Of a stretch of DNA of 32,000 bases, positions 1 to 6,996 are shown piece after piece. The notes under the pieces were generated by a model. The model was not told the DNA's origin. It did no database searches and was given only the letters and a program-made list of their open reading frames with translations. Numbering within the stretch: the stretch's first letter is position 1; the number at the start of each line of letters is the position of its first letter. Source of the stretch: Candidatus Saccharimonadota bacterium (GTDB lineage Bacteria > Bacteroidota > Bacteroidia > Cytophagales > Amoebophilaceae); contig NZ_CP022339.1 in NCBI RefSeq assembly GCF_003351905.1, forward strand, positions 360,001-392,000, written 5' to 3'. Both the position numbers and the translations under genes were made by a program.

Positions 1-708
1 AGCTTTTCTCGCAAGCGCCTGCACAATTAAAAAGACCATCACCCGGGTTAAGCTGCCTCCACGCCGGTTTAAAAAAACAGTATCTAAACAGCCTGACTTT
101 ATGCCCATATGGCTACGTACTTCCCGCACATACCATTTAATATGCTTTAAAGCCATAGCCCCAATCGGTATCAAACGCTCTTTATTGCCTTTGCCGATGA
201 CACGTACAAAGTTTTCTTCGAAATAGATATGGCTTAACTTCAAAGTGATAAGCTCAGAAACACGCACGCCTGTACCATAAAGGGTCTCCACAATGGCTCT
301 ATTCCGAGTGCCAAGTGGAGTAGAATGGTCTATCGCACCTATCATCGCCTCGACTTCTGACACAGACAAAACAGATGGCAAATGTTGCCCTAAATGAGGA
401 CTTGCTACCAGCCTAGTAGGATCCTTAGCAATATACTGACCCAACCATAAAAATTTGTAAAAAATACGCAACCCAGAAAGTATCCTTGCTTGACTCGTAG
501 CCTTCATGCCTAACGCATGCAATTCCGATAAAAACGATTGAATATGAACAGAATCGACTGTAACCGGTGGAACCCCCTTGCCCCACAAAAACTGGGCAAA
601 TTTTGTCACATCAGCAATATAGGCTAGAATAGAATGTTCCGCAAGCAAACGCTCTAAACGAAGATAGGTCTCAAACTGCTGTAGTAAAGACTTCCATTCG
701 TGTTCCAT
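1..708 (-). CDS. xerD: tyrosine site-specific recombinase, XerD/XerC-like (N-terminal 236 codons; 3' end lies beyond the window start)
   Basis: Absent from the ORF track because no stop lies inside the window. Reverse-strand translation from ATG (708-706) reads MEHEWKSLLQQFETYLRLERLLAEHSILAYIADVTKFAQFLWGKG...TRNRAIVETLYGTGVRVSELITLKLSHIYFEENFVRVIGKGNKERLIPIG. This is the Xer-type N-terminal domain followed by the first catalytic Arg box (TGxRxSEL). Confidence 0.8.
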   Translation of the reverse strand, partial: MEHEWKSLLQQFETYLRLERLLAEHSILAYIADVTKFAQFLWGKGVPPVTVDSVHIQSFLSELHALGMKATSQARILSGLRIFYKFLWLGQYIAKDPTRLVASPHLGQHLPSVLSVSEVEAMIGAIDHSTPLGTRNRAIVETLYGTGVRVSELITLKLSHIYFEENFVRVIGKGNKERLIPIGAMALKHIKWYVREVRSHMGIKSGCLDTVFLNRRGGSLTRVMVFLIVQALARKA

Positions 709-752
709 GATACGCACTGACAACCAGTTACAATTGAAGAGATCAACTATAG

Positions 753-826
753 CTCCCCCTGCTGGACTCGAACCAGCGACCCTTTGATTAACAGTCAAAT
801 GCTCTAACCAACTGAGCTAAGGAGGA
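753..826 (-). tRNA. tRNA-Asn (anticodon GTT)
   Basis: Reverse strand reads TCCTCCTTAGCTCAGTTGGTTAGAGCATTTGACTGTTAATCAAAGGGTCGCTGGTTCGAGTCCAGCAGGGGGAG. It has a 7-bp acceptor stem (one G-T pair), D arm GCTC/GAGC, anticodon stem TTTGA/TCAAA with loop CTGTTAA, and T arm GCTGG-TTCGAGT-CCAGC. Length 74 nt, CCA not encoded. Confidence 0.9.
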
Positions 827-985
827 TTGTAACCATTACAATTTTACCATTTTTTTATTGCATAAACAATAGCCTATTATAGATGGATAAGAAAATCATT
901 GCATTAGGAGCCAATCCTTGCATGATATATGCACCTATCTGCCCTAGGTTCACTTTTTTATATTAAATTGGGCCTAGTAGGATGA

Positions 986-1618
986 ATGGTCAACCTAAAT
1001 AAAGCGTACAAGATGATGGATGTAGAAGGTAGCGGGGCCAAGCCAAGAAGCCGTTGGACCCAAAAGTGTGCCATGGCGCTAATCAAGTTGCTAGGTTGGA
1101 AAATTAACAATGCAGCCGACTCAACCATTGCGCAAAAAGCAGTCGTGGCATTCGCACCACATACGAGTAATTGGGACTTTATTTACGGCATGTTATTTAA
1201 ACTGAGCCATCCAGATGTGCCGCTTAGGTTTGCCATAAAAAAAGAGGTGATGTTTTTTCCACTTTCCTACTTAATGAAGATGCTGGGCGCCATTCCAATA
1301 GATAGAAACCAAATCACCAAGCGCACCAATATGGTAGCTGTGATGGCAGAGATGCTCCATCAAGCAGATGCGCTGATGCTTGTGATTGCGCCAGAGGGAA
1401 CCAGAAGCCATGTAAAACGATGGAAAACAGGGTTTTATAGATTAGCAGAAGCCGCAAATGTGCCGATTATTTTAGGGTATATCAACTATGCCAAAAAAGA
1501 ATTCGGTTTAGGACCTATCTTCCATCGCACGGGTAATATGGAGCAAGATATAGGAAGTATACAAGATTTCTACCGAAAAATACCTGGGAAATATCCAGAA
1601 AAAGAGGTAGTTGAATAG
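986..1618 (+). CDS. lysophospholipid (1-acyl-sn-glycerol-3-phosphate) acyltransferase family protein
   Basis: 210-aa ORF with the HxxxxD catalytic motif (HTSNWD) and the downstream APEGTR motif typical of PlsC/LPLAT acyltransferases. Confidence 0.75.
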   Translation: MVNLNKAYKMMDVEGSGAKPRSRWTQKCAMALIKLLGWKINNAADSTIAQKAVVAFAPHTSNWDFIYGMLFKLSHPDVPLRFAIKKEVMFFPLSYLMKMLGAIPIDRNQITKRTNMVAVMAEMLHQADALMLVIAPEGTRSHVKRWKTGFYRLAEAANVPIILGYINYAKKEFGLGPIFHRTGNMEQDIGSIQDFYRKIPGKYPEKEVVE

Positions 1619-1644
1619 GACAATTTGGCAGTATTGCCCACATT

Positions 1645-1660
1645 TGGCAAAAAAATTGCA
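1645..1660 (+). promoter_or_regulatory. candidate sigma-54 (-24/-12) type promoter element upstream of grpE
   Basis: TGGCAAAAAAATTGCA matches TGGCAC-N5-TTGCA with correct GG-N10-GC spacing. It lies 71 nt upstream of the first ATG of the grpE ORF. A partial copy ATTTGGCA lies at 1623-1630. This is a motif match only. Confidence 0.25.
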
Positions 1661-1730
1661 TATACTTTTAAAGTTACGTTTCAAAAGAGGTCTCATGAGG
1701 TCATCTCGCCATTATTTTATACCATAAGTC

Positions 1731-2453
1731 ATGAAGTTACACGATACAGACACAAACAGAAAAGGCTGCTGCAAAGAGACAGTAGACAAACATCAAACCA
1801 CTTACTGTAGTGAGGAAACAACAACCCCATGTTGCTGCAACGGTGAAGAAACAATGGATCAACCCTGCTGCTGTGGACGGCAAGAGGCAGCAGCTCAAGG
1901 AGGTTGTTGCTACGAACAAAAGGTCGAACCAGAGGGAGGGTGCTGTCAGTCAGCTGATAGGCTAAGTGATAGCCAACCACACCTATGCAGCGCTGATATA
2001 GGTTCATTGGAGCAAATGCAAACGCTACTCATGGAGGCAAATGATAAATATATGCGCCTTTATGCTGAATTTGATAACTTCAAAAAGCGTGCAGCTAAGG
2101 AGCGCATAGCCTTTACGGATAAAGCCAATGAACAAACCCTCAAAGAACTTTTACCTATTGTAGATGATTTTGAGCGATGTATAGCAGCACTGCAAGGTAC
2201 AGAAGGGGCACTGCAACATATTGAAGGAATCAAACTGATTTATGATAAAATAGGGGGGATATTAAAAAAATATGGGGTACAAGAAATCACCATAACGGAT
2301 GGCACTGCCTTTAACGCGGATCTACACGAAGCGATTATGCAACAACCAGTAGATAATCTAGAGATGCAAGGGAAGATTGTCGGCGTAGTAGAGAAGGGAT
2401 ATCTAATCCATGAGTATGTGTTGCGGTTTGCTAAAGTTATAATTGGAGTATAA
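1731..2453 (+). CDS. grpE: nucleotide exchange factor GrpE with an unusual Cys-rich N-terminal extension
   Basis: The C-terminal ~145 aa (LMEANDKYMRLYAEFDNFKKRAAKE...LPIVDDFERC...HEAIMQQP...VVEKGYLIHEYVLRFAKV) is canonical GrpE. The stop abuts the dnaJ ATG. The start is uncertain: ATG 1731, 1854 (Met42) and 2016 (Met96) are all in frame. Confidence 0.85.
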   Translation: MKLHDTDTNRKGCCKETVDKHQTTYCSEETTTPCCCNGEETMDQPCCCGRQEAAAQGGCCYEQKVEPEGGCCQSADRLSDSQPHLCSADIGSLEQMQTLLMEANDKYMRLYAEFDNFKKRAAKERIAFTDKANEQTLKELLPIVDDFERCIAALQGTEGALQHIEGIKLIYDKIGGILKKYGVQEITITDGTAFNADLHEAIMQQPVDNLEMQGKIVGVVEKGYLIHEYVLRFAKVIIGV

Positions 2454-3587
2454 ATGGAAAAAGATTATTACAATATCCTGGGTGTAGAACGTAATGCCAC
2501 TGCGGACGAAATTAAAAAAGCCTATCGAAAGATAGCCATGCAGTACCATCCTGATAAAAATCCAGGCAACAAAGCGGCAGAGGATAAGTTTAAAGCGGCC
2601 ACAGAAGCCTACGATGTGTTAAGCAGCCCAGAGAAAAAACATCAATATGATCAGTTCGGTACAAGTGGCTTCCAAGGGGGTGGGCGGTCCTATGGAGATG
2701 ACTTTTTCGAAGGTGATTTGAATGATCTATTTCAAGATTCTCCTTTTAGCAGTTTTTTTGGTGGCGGCAGGAGGACACGGCGAGCGTCTAATTATGGTGA
2801 AGACTTACGCATAAGAATCAAACTAAACCTCAAAGAGATTGCATTGGGTGCAGAAAAAAAAGTAAAGGTAAAGCGTTATACAAGTTGTGACGCATGTGGT
2901 GGTAATGGGGCGGAAAATGGACTGGCTATAGAAAAATGTGGCGCATGTAAAGGCCATGGCGTGGTGCGCAAAACAACCCAAACCATGCTGGGCAACATGC
3001 TTACAGAGTCTACGTGTAGCAACTGCGCTGGAACAGGCAGCCGTATTAAAACAGCTTGCAAAGATTGCCAGGGAGAAGGCAGAAAGTTGATAGACGACTT
3101 GATTACCTTCCAAGTCCCTAAAGGGGTGAAAAAGAATATGGAACTTACCATACGTGGCAGAGGCAACGCACCACCCCGTGGTGGTATGCCAGGCAGTTTG
3201 ATTGTGCAAATAGAAGAAGAGGAAGATGACCTTTTAAAGCGTGAAGGCAATAATATCTGCTATACCTTACACATTAGCTTTATAGATGCCACACTAGGTT
3301 GCGAAATGGAAATACCTACTATATACGGAAAAGTGCGTCTTAAAATCCCACCTGGCACATCATGCGGCGAGGTGCTTAAGCTAAAAGGAAAAGGTATTTC
3401 AGATGTGAATAGTTATAGTAAAAAGGGTGATCAGTTGGTTTTTGTGCAAATCTGGACCCCACAAGAGCTCACAAAAGAAGAAAAAGAAATTTTGCTTTCA
3501 CTGCGCGATTCGCCTAACTTTATACCGAAGCCGAATAAGAAGGAAGAGAGCTTTTTTGAACGGATTAAATCTTTTTTTCAAGGATAG
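2454..3587 (+). CDS. dnaJ: molecular chaperone DnaJ
   Basis: J domain with HPD (QYHPDKN), a G/F-rich linker, four CxxCxGxG zinc-finger repeats (CDACGGNG, CGACKGHG, CSNCAGTG, CKDCQGEG), and a C-terminal substrate-binding domain. Confidence 0.95.
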   Translation: MEKDYYNILGVERNATADEIKKAYRKIAMQYHPDKNPGNKAAEDKFKAATEAYDVLSSPEKKHQYDQFGTSGFQGGGRSYGDDFFEGDLNDLFQDSPFSSFFGGGRRTRRASNYGEDLRIRIKLNLKEIALGAEKKVKVKRYTSCDACGGNGAENGLAIEKCGACKGHGVVRKTTQTMLGNMLTESTCSNCAGTGSRIKTACKDCQGEGRKLIDDLITFQVPKGVKKNMELTIRGRGNAPPRGGMPGSLIVQIEEEEDDLLKREGNNICYTLHISFIDATLGCEMEIPTIYGKVRLKIPPGTSCGEVLKLKGKGISDVNSYSKKGDQLVFVQIWTPQELTKEEKEILLSLRDSPNFIPKPNKKEESFFERIKSFFQG

Positions 3588-3610
3588 GCCAGTAGCCATC
3601 TTTTTACCAT

Positions 3611-4987
3611 GTGATCATGAGCCAATTTGTAGTCTCTGCAAGAAAATACCGTCCTACTAGTTTTAAAGATGTCATCAGTCAGCCCCATGTTACCACCACA
3701 TTAAAGAATGCCATAGCCTCTGGGCAACTTGCACATGCTTTTCTTTTTTGTGGTCCACGTGGTGTGGGTAAAACTACTTGTGCCCGTATTTTAGCCAAAG
3801 CCATCAATTGCATACAAGTAACCGAAACAGTAGAACCCTGTAACCAGTGCACCCATTGCCTAAGCTTAAACAGCCATAGCGCTATGAATGTCTATGAGTT
3901 AGATGCAGCTTCTAACAATTCTGTGGAAGACATTCGTGAACTGGTGGGACAGGTGCGCTATGCCCCTCAAATGGGTAAATACAAGATTTACATTATAGAT
4001 GAGGTGCATATGTTGTCTAATGCGGCTTTTAATGCTTTTCTCAAAACGCTTGAAGAACCTCCTAGCTATGCCATATTTATATTGGCTACTACAGAGCGAC
4101 ATAAGGTTTTACCTACTATTTTATCTCGTTGTCAAATCTTTAACTTTAATAGAATTAAAGTAGAGGATATTGTTACACAACTCAAAGCCATTGCGGCAAA
4201 TGAGGCTATCGCTTATGAGGAATCTGCACTGCAGCTGGTTGCACAAAAGGCAGAAGGGGCGATGCGGGATGCGCTTTCCATCTTTGATCTGATCACGGCC
4301 TCTGTAGGCACAGGAGGAAAAATTACGTATGCGGCTACACGTGATCATCTCCAAATTTTGGACTACGACTATTATTTTAAATGTATAGATGCTTGCTTAG
4401 GGGGGGATATTCCTGCGGTCCTCACGCTTTATGATGCTGTTTTACGTGCAGGTTTTAATGGCCATCATTTTGTGGTAGGCCTTGGTGAACATCTACGCAA
4501 CCTATTGGTCTGCACAGACGATGCTACGCTCCCGCTTTTAGAGGTCACGGATAATATGCGTTCACGTTATGCGGAGCATGCATCTAGATGTAAGATGCCA
4601 TTTTTATTAAAAGCGTTAACACGCTTAAACCAATGTGATATAGGCTATAAGTCTAGCCAACACCAAAGATTGCATGTCGAACTGGCACTGATTGACTTAG
4701 CCACTAGTCATTTGTCTACCTCAGCAAGCACGCCATTACCAGATCAATCATTACCAAAAATAGATCATCCCCAAGCACCCATTAGTACGCAACCTAAACA
4801 AATGGATGCTGCTCCCGTTGGGTCCTCTATAACGCCACTAGCCAAGCCAAACCCCGACCATTTGCCTACCACGCCCGCCCCGGCTGCTCAGCAGCCAACA
4901 ACTATAACGATTCCTACCTTAGCAAGTTTAAAATCCACATTGACCACAAAAGAAAAAGCGCATGAGGTTGATGTAAAAAAAAAGTAG
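3611..4987 (+). CDS. dnaX: DNA polymerase III subunit gamma/tau, zero-frame product (gamma-like, 458 aa)
   Basis: Clamp-loader AAA+ motifs: SARKYRP, Walker A GPRGVGKTT, zinc module CNQCTHC, Walker B IYIIDEVHML, sensor LSRCQ. It then has a P/T/Q-rich linker and ends VKKK-stop inside an A9 run (4975-4983). The track start is GTG 3611; ATG 3617 (MSQFVVSARKYRP) is the more likely start. Confidence 0.9.
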   Translation: MIMSQFVVSARKYRPTSFKDVISQPHVTTTLKNAIASGQLAHAFLFCGPRGVGKTTCARILAKAINCIQVTETVEPCNQCTHCLSLNSHSAMNVYELDAASNNSVEDIRELVGQVRYAPQMGKYKIYIIDEVHMLSNAAFNAFLKTLEEPPSYAIFILATTERHKVLPTILSRCQIFNFNRIKVEDIVTQLKAIAANEAIAYEESALQLVAQKAEGAMRDALSIFDLITASVGTGGKITYAATRDHLQILDYDYYFKCIDACLGGDIPAVLTLYDAVLRAGFNGHHFVVGLGEHLRNLLVCTDDATLPLLEVTDNMRSRYAEHASRCKMPFLLKALTRLNQCDIGYKSSQHQRLHVELALIDLATSHLSTSASTPLPDQSLPKIDHPQAPISTQPKQMDAAPVGSSITPLAKPNPDHLPTTPAPAAQQPTTITIPTLASLKSTLTTKEKAHEVDVKKK

Positions 4988-5364
4988 ATAGGCCACGTGT
5001 TACCGAAGCACCAGTACCAGAAACAATGGTGCAATCTTGCCTGACTGCCTATAGGGAAGACCTTAAAAAAAGGGGGCATACAGCTGCTTATCACCTTATG
5101 AATCAACCTATAGAGATCCAAGATAGAATGCTTACCATTTCCTTGATCAATCCCGTTCAAGAAAACCTGTTACAGAGCCTCAAGGAGGAGCTTTTACCTA
5201 GGCTAAGCGTACTTGATCCTGATATGACCATTCAAGGTATTTTGACCGAGCAAACAACTGCTCCAAAACCCTACACAGACCAAGAAAAATTAACCTATTT
5301 GGGCAAAAAAAATGCGGCCATCACCCTACTGCAAGAACGTCTGATGTTGGAAGTAGCCTACTAA
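4972..5364 (+). CDS. dnaX: DnaX tau-type C-terminal segment, in the -1 frame relative to dnaX (track ORF 5026..5364)
   Basis: The -1 frame is open from 4972, directly after TGA 4969-4971, so it overlaps the A9 run and the dnaX stop. The encoded tail ...KPYTDQEKLTYLGKKNAAITLLQERLMLEV resembles, from memory, the conserved extreme C-terminus of full-length Bacteroidota DnaX. The ATG at 5026 could also allow independent translation. Confidence 0.6.
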   Translation, partial: CKKKVDRPRVTEAPVPETMVQSCLTAYREDLKKRGHTAAYHLMNQPIEIQDRMLTISLINPVQENLLQSLKEELLPRLSVLDPDMTIQGILTEQTTAPKPYTDQEKLTYLGKKNAAITLLQERLMLEVAY

Positions 5365-5506
5365 AGCATAGATAGGCGCGTTTTTGCTTGATCCAAAAGT
5401 ATGACCTAAATTTATAACCATTCGGCTTTATTTTTATCCTTCAGGCAATGCATGGGCTGAACAGATCGTTTACACTTGCGTTGCCATTATTAAACCATAG
5501 ATCAAT

Positions 5507-6157
5507 TTGAACTATATGCATAAAGGTGTGATTATTTTGGGCGCATGCCAGCTTACAAAGGGGGCTTTAGACATTTTTCAAAAAAACAATTTAATCGTCT
5601 ATGGCATTTTAGATGATGAAACAAAATGGCATAATACCACTATTCATAACATTCCTGTTTTAGGCGCTACGGATGATCCAACCTTTCTTGAGTTACTGAA
5701 CCAGGAATGTGCTGCTTTTATCGCCTACCGTCATATCCAAAAAAGAAAAAACTGTTTAAACTTTTTAATTGCCCAACAAAAGTCCACACCCATCTCGGCG
5801 ATTCATCCATCAGCCATTATAGCGGACGGGGTGCAAATGGGTTTAGGTAATTATATAGGTGCACAGGTTTGTTTGGCTTCAGAGGCAAGTGTAGGGAACC
5901 ACTGTATACTACACAATGGGGTGGTCATCGAAGCAGAAACCCAGATCCATGATTGGGTAGAAATAGGTGCGGGTAGCATTATTGGTGACCACGTCACCAT
6001 AGAAGAAGAGGTGTTTATTGGCATAGGCGCTAGAATTATTCCGGGTGTTACGATTCAAAAGGGAGCGAGTATTGGTGCAGGGTCGGTTGTGTTAGGGAAT
6101 GTAAAAAAGGGGGATGTGTTGCTGGGAAATCCAGCAAAGTCTATTCAACAAGGATAA
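5507..6157 (+). CDS. NeuD/PglB-family sugar O/N-acetyltransferase (left-handed beta-helix, hexapeptide repeats)
   Basis: N-terminal Rossmann-like region (VIILGACQLTKGALDIF...VYGILDD...IPVLG), followed by hexapeptide repeats (IGAGSIIGDHVTIEEEVFIGIGARIIPGVTIQKGASIGAGSVV). The track start is TTG 5507; ATG 5516 is also possible. Confidence 0.75.
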   Translation: MNYMHKGVIILGACQLTKGALDIFQKNNLIVYGILDDETKWHNTTIHNIPVLGATDDPTFLELLNQECAAFIAYRHIQKRKNCLNFLIAQQKSTPISAIHPSAIIADGVQMGLGNYIGAQVCLASEASVGNHCILHNGVVIEAETQIHDWVEIGAGSIIGDHVTIEEEVFIGIGARIIPGVTIQKGASIGAGSVVLGNVKKGDVLLGNPAKSIQQG

Positions 6158-6200
6158 AAGTATCTATGCACGACATTAGTTAATAAGGCAATTTTAATTT

Positions 6201-6497
6201 GTATCTGTTCACCCAATGGCGTCAACTTAAGGATACCCCTATTGTAAAATTTAAAACCATAATGCATTTTTATTTATATTACTTTTTTCTTGATAAAAAA
6301 GTAACAAAAAATCAAGCCCTCGGCAAAAAGTCGCTGAAAGTGGCATCATACAGATGGAAAAACAGGAAGCGCCCCCTATGGGGGCTTCAAAGGAAACTGT
6401 TTTCCCAAATCATCTCTCAGATGCCACTTGCTACACCGCAACTTTTTACAGGGGCGTTGTTCTTTTAATGTAAAAAACCAGTGACTTGAACAGATAC
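6201..6497 (+). mobile_element. palindromic repeat element, copy A (MITE-like, full length, reference orientation)
   Basis: Perfect 11-bp terminal inverted repeats: GTATCTGTTCA (6201-6211) and TGAACAGATAC (6487-6497). AT hairpin ACTTTTTTCTTGATAAAAAAGT at 6281-6302. Long imperfect hairpin arms at 6316-6455 centred on GCCCCC-TAT-GGGGGC (6371-6385). Highly similar to copies at 12484-12861 (inverted) and 26445-26699. Confidence 0.8.
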
Positions 6498-6549
6498 CTA
6501 TCATTTTAATGGGCATTTGCTTCCATGCCGTCGATTTAAAGCGTTCATG

Positions 6550-6730
6550 CCAGCCGATTAAAAAAGTTGAAGCTTCAGTAAACTTGGAATCTTTAGATGA
6601 ACGGTTGTGCAAAGGATTAGAAAAACAGTTCATTAAAAGCCCACACAGTGGGTGATTTCTGTTTTTCCCGCTACACAACTGTTCGTCTCATTCCTTTACT
6701 GCATGCCAACTTTTTATTGGCGGACAGGGG
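6550..6730 (-). repeat. degenerate copy (E) of the same palindromic element, inverted relative to copy A
   Basis: GGATTAGAAAAACAGTTCATTAAAAGCCCACACAGTGGGTGATTTCTGTTTTTCC (about 6614-6668) matches the reverse complement of the centre of copy D. The flanking arms are recognisable but decayed. A degenerate AT hairpin TCTTTTTTGATAAAAAAGTG lies at 6871-6890. Boundaries are approximate. Confidence 0.55.
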
Positions 6731-6941
6731 AAACGACGTATACGCATTAGCCATTTCTATCTCTGTGTTAGAATAGATGTCCCTTACGTTCACGACATTG
6801 TCTGAATAGCAACACTGGAAAAACAGACGTTCTTTCCTAGTTTTTTATTAGAATTTGGGACAAAACTTATTCTTTTTTGATAAAAAAGTGACATATAAAC
6901 ATGACTAAAACAGACCGAAAAGCAAATTTCTACCATTACAC

Positions 6942-6970
6942 TGAACGGAAACGATTTTTGTTTCCGTTCA
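6942..6970. terminator. perfect 11-bp stem hairpin just 3' of the ankyrin ORF; possible terminator
   Basis: TGAACGGAAAC-GATTTTT-GTTTCCGTTCA lies 27 nt beyond the stop of the minus-strand ORF ending at 6997. No clear U-tract follows on either strand, so terminator function is uncertain. Confidence 0.35.
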
Positions 6971-6996
6971 CTGCTGTGGTCTAAAATTCATCTATA

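Noticed and set aside
1-826. Tyrosine recombinase next to tRNA-Asn as the edge of an integrated genomic island or prophage
   Set aside because: The recombinase has the Xer-type N-terminus of a housekeeping dimer-resolution enzyme. The genes beyond the tRNA are core functions (acyltransferase, grpE, dnaJ). I saw no direct repeat of the tRNA 3' half elsewhere in the window. The left side is outside the window, so this is not fully excluded.
1508-2007. Small ORFs 1508..1696 (-), 1625..1810 (+), 1729..2007 (-) and 1737..1919 (-) around the grpE 5' region
   Set aside because: They overlap each other, the acyltransferase 3' end, or the grpE ORF. They have no motifs, and they exist because this stretch is compositionally poor in stop codons. 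The same property makes the exact grpE start uncertain.
2823-3250. Antisense ORFs inside dnaJ, with similar shadow ORFs inside dnaX (3899..4354), the ankyrin gene (7618..8022), obg (23957..24310), typA (27538..27918), nrdA and lptF/G
   Set aside because: Each is fully embedded antisense or out of frame in a gene with strong homology-type evidence. They show biased low-complexity composition and are typical shadow ORFs.
5026-5364. ORF 5026..5364 as an independent hypothetical gene
   Set aside because: Its frame is open back to 4972, overlapping the dnaX stop and the A9 run, and its sequence resembles the C-terminal end of full-length DnaX. It is treated as the displaced 3' part of dnaX, although separate initiation at ATG 5026 cannot be excluded.
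6199-6678. Track ORFs 6199..6468 (+, 89 aa) and 6376..6678 (-, 100 aa) as protein-coding genes
   Set aside because: Both lie entirely inside the palindromic repeat copies A/E. The frame of 6199..6468 is destroyed by a 1-nt indel and an early stop in the otherwise near-identical copy D. The sequences are low-complexity with no recognisable motifs. They look like by-products of the repeat.
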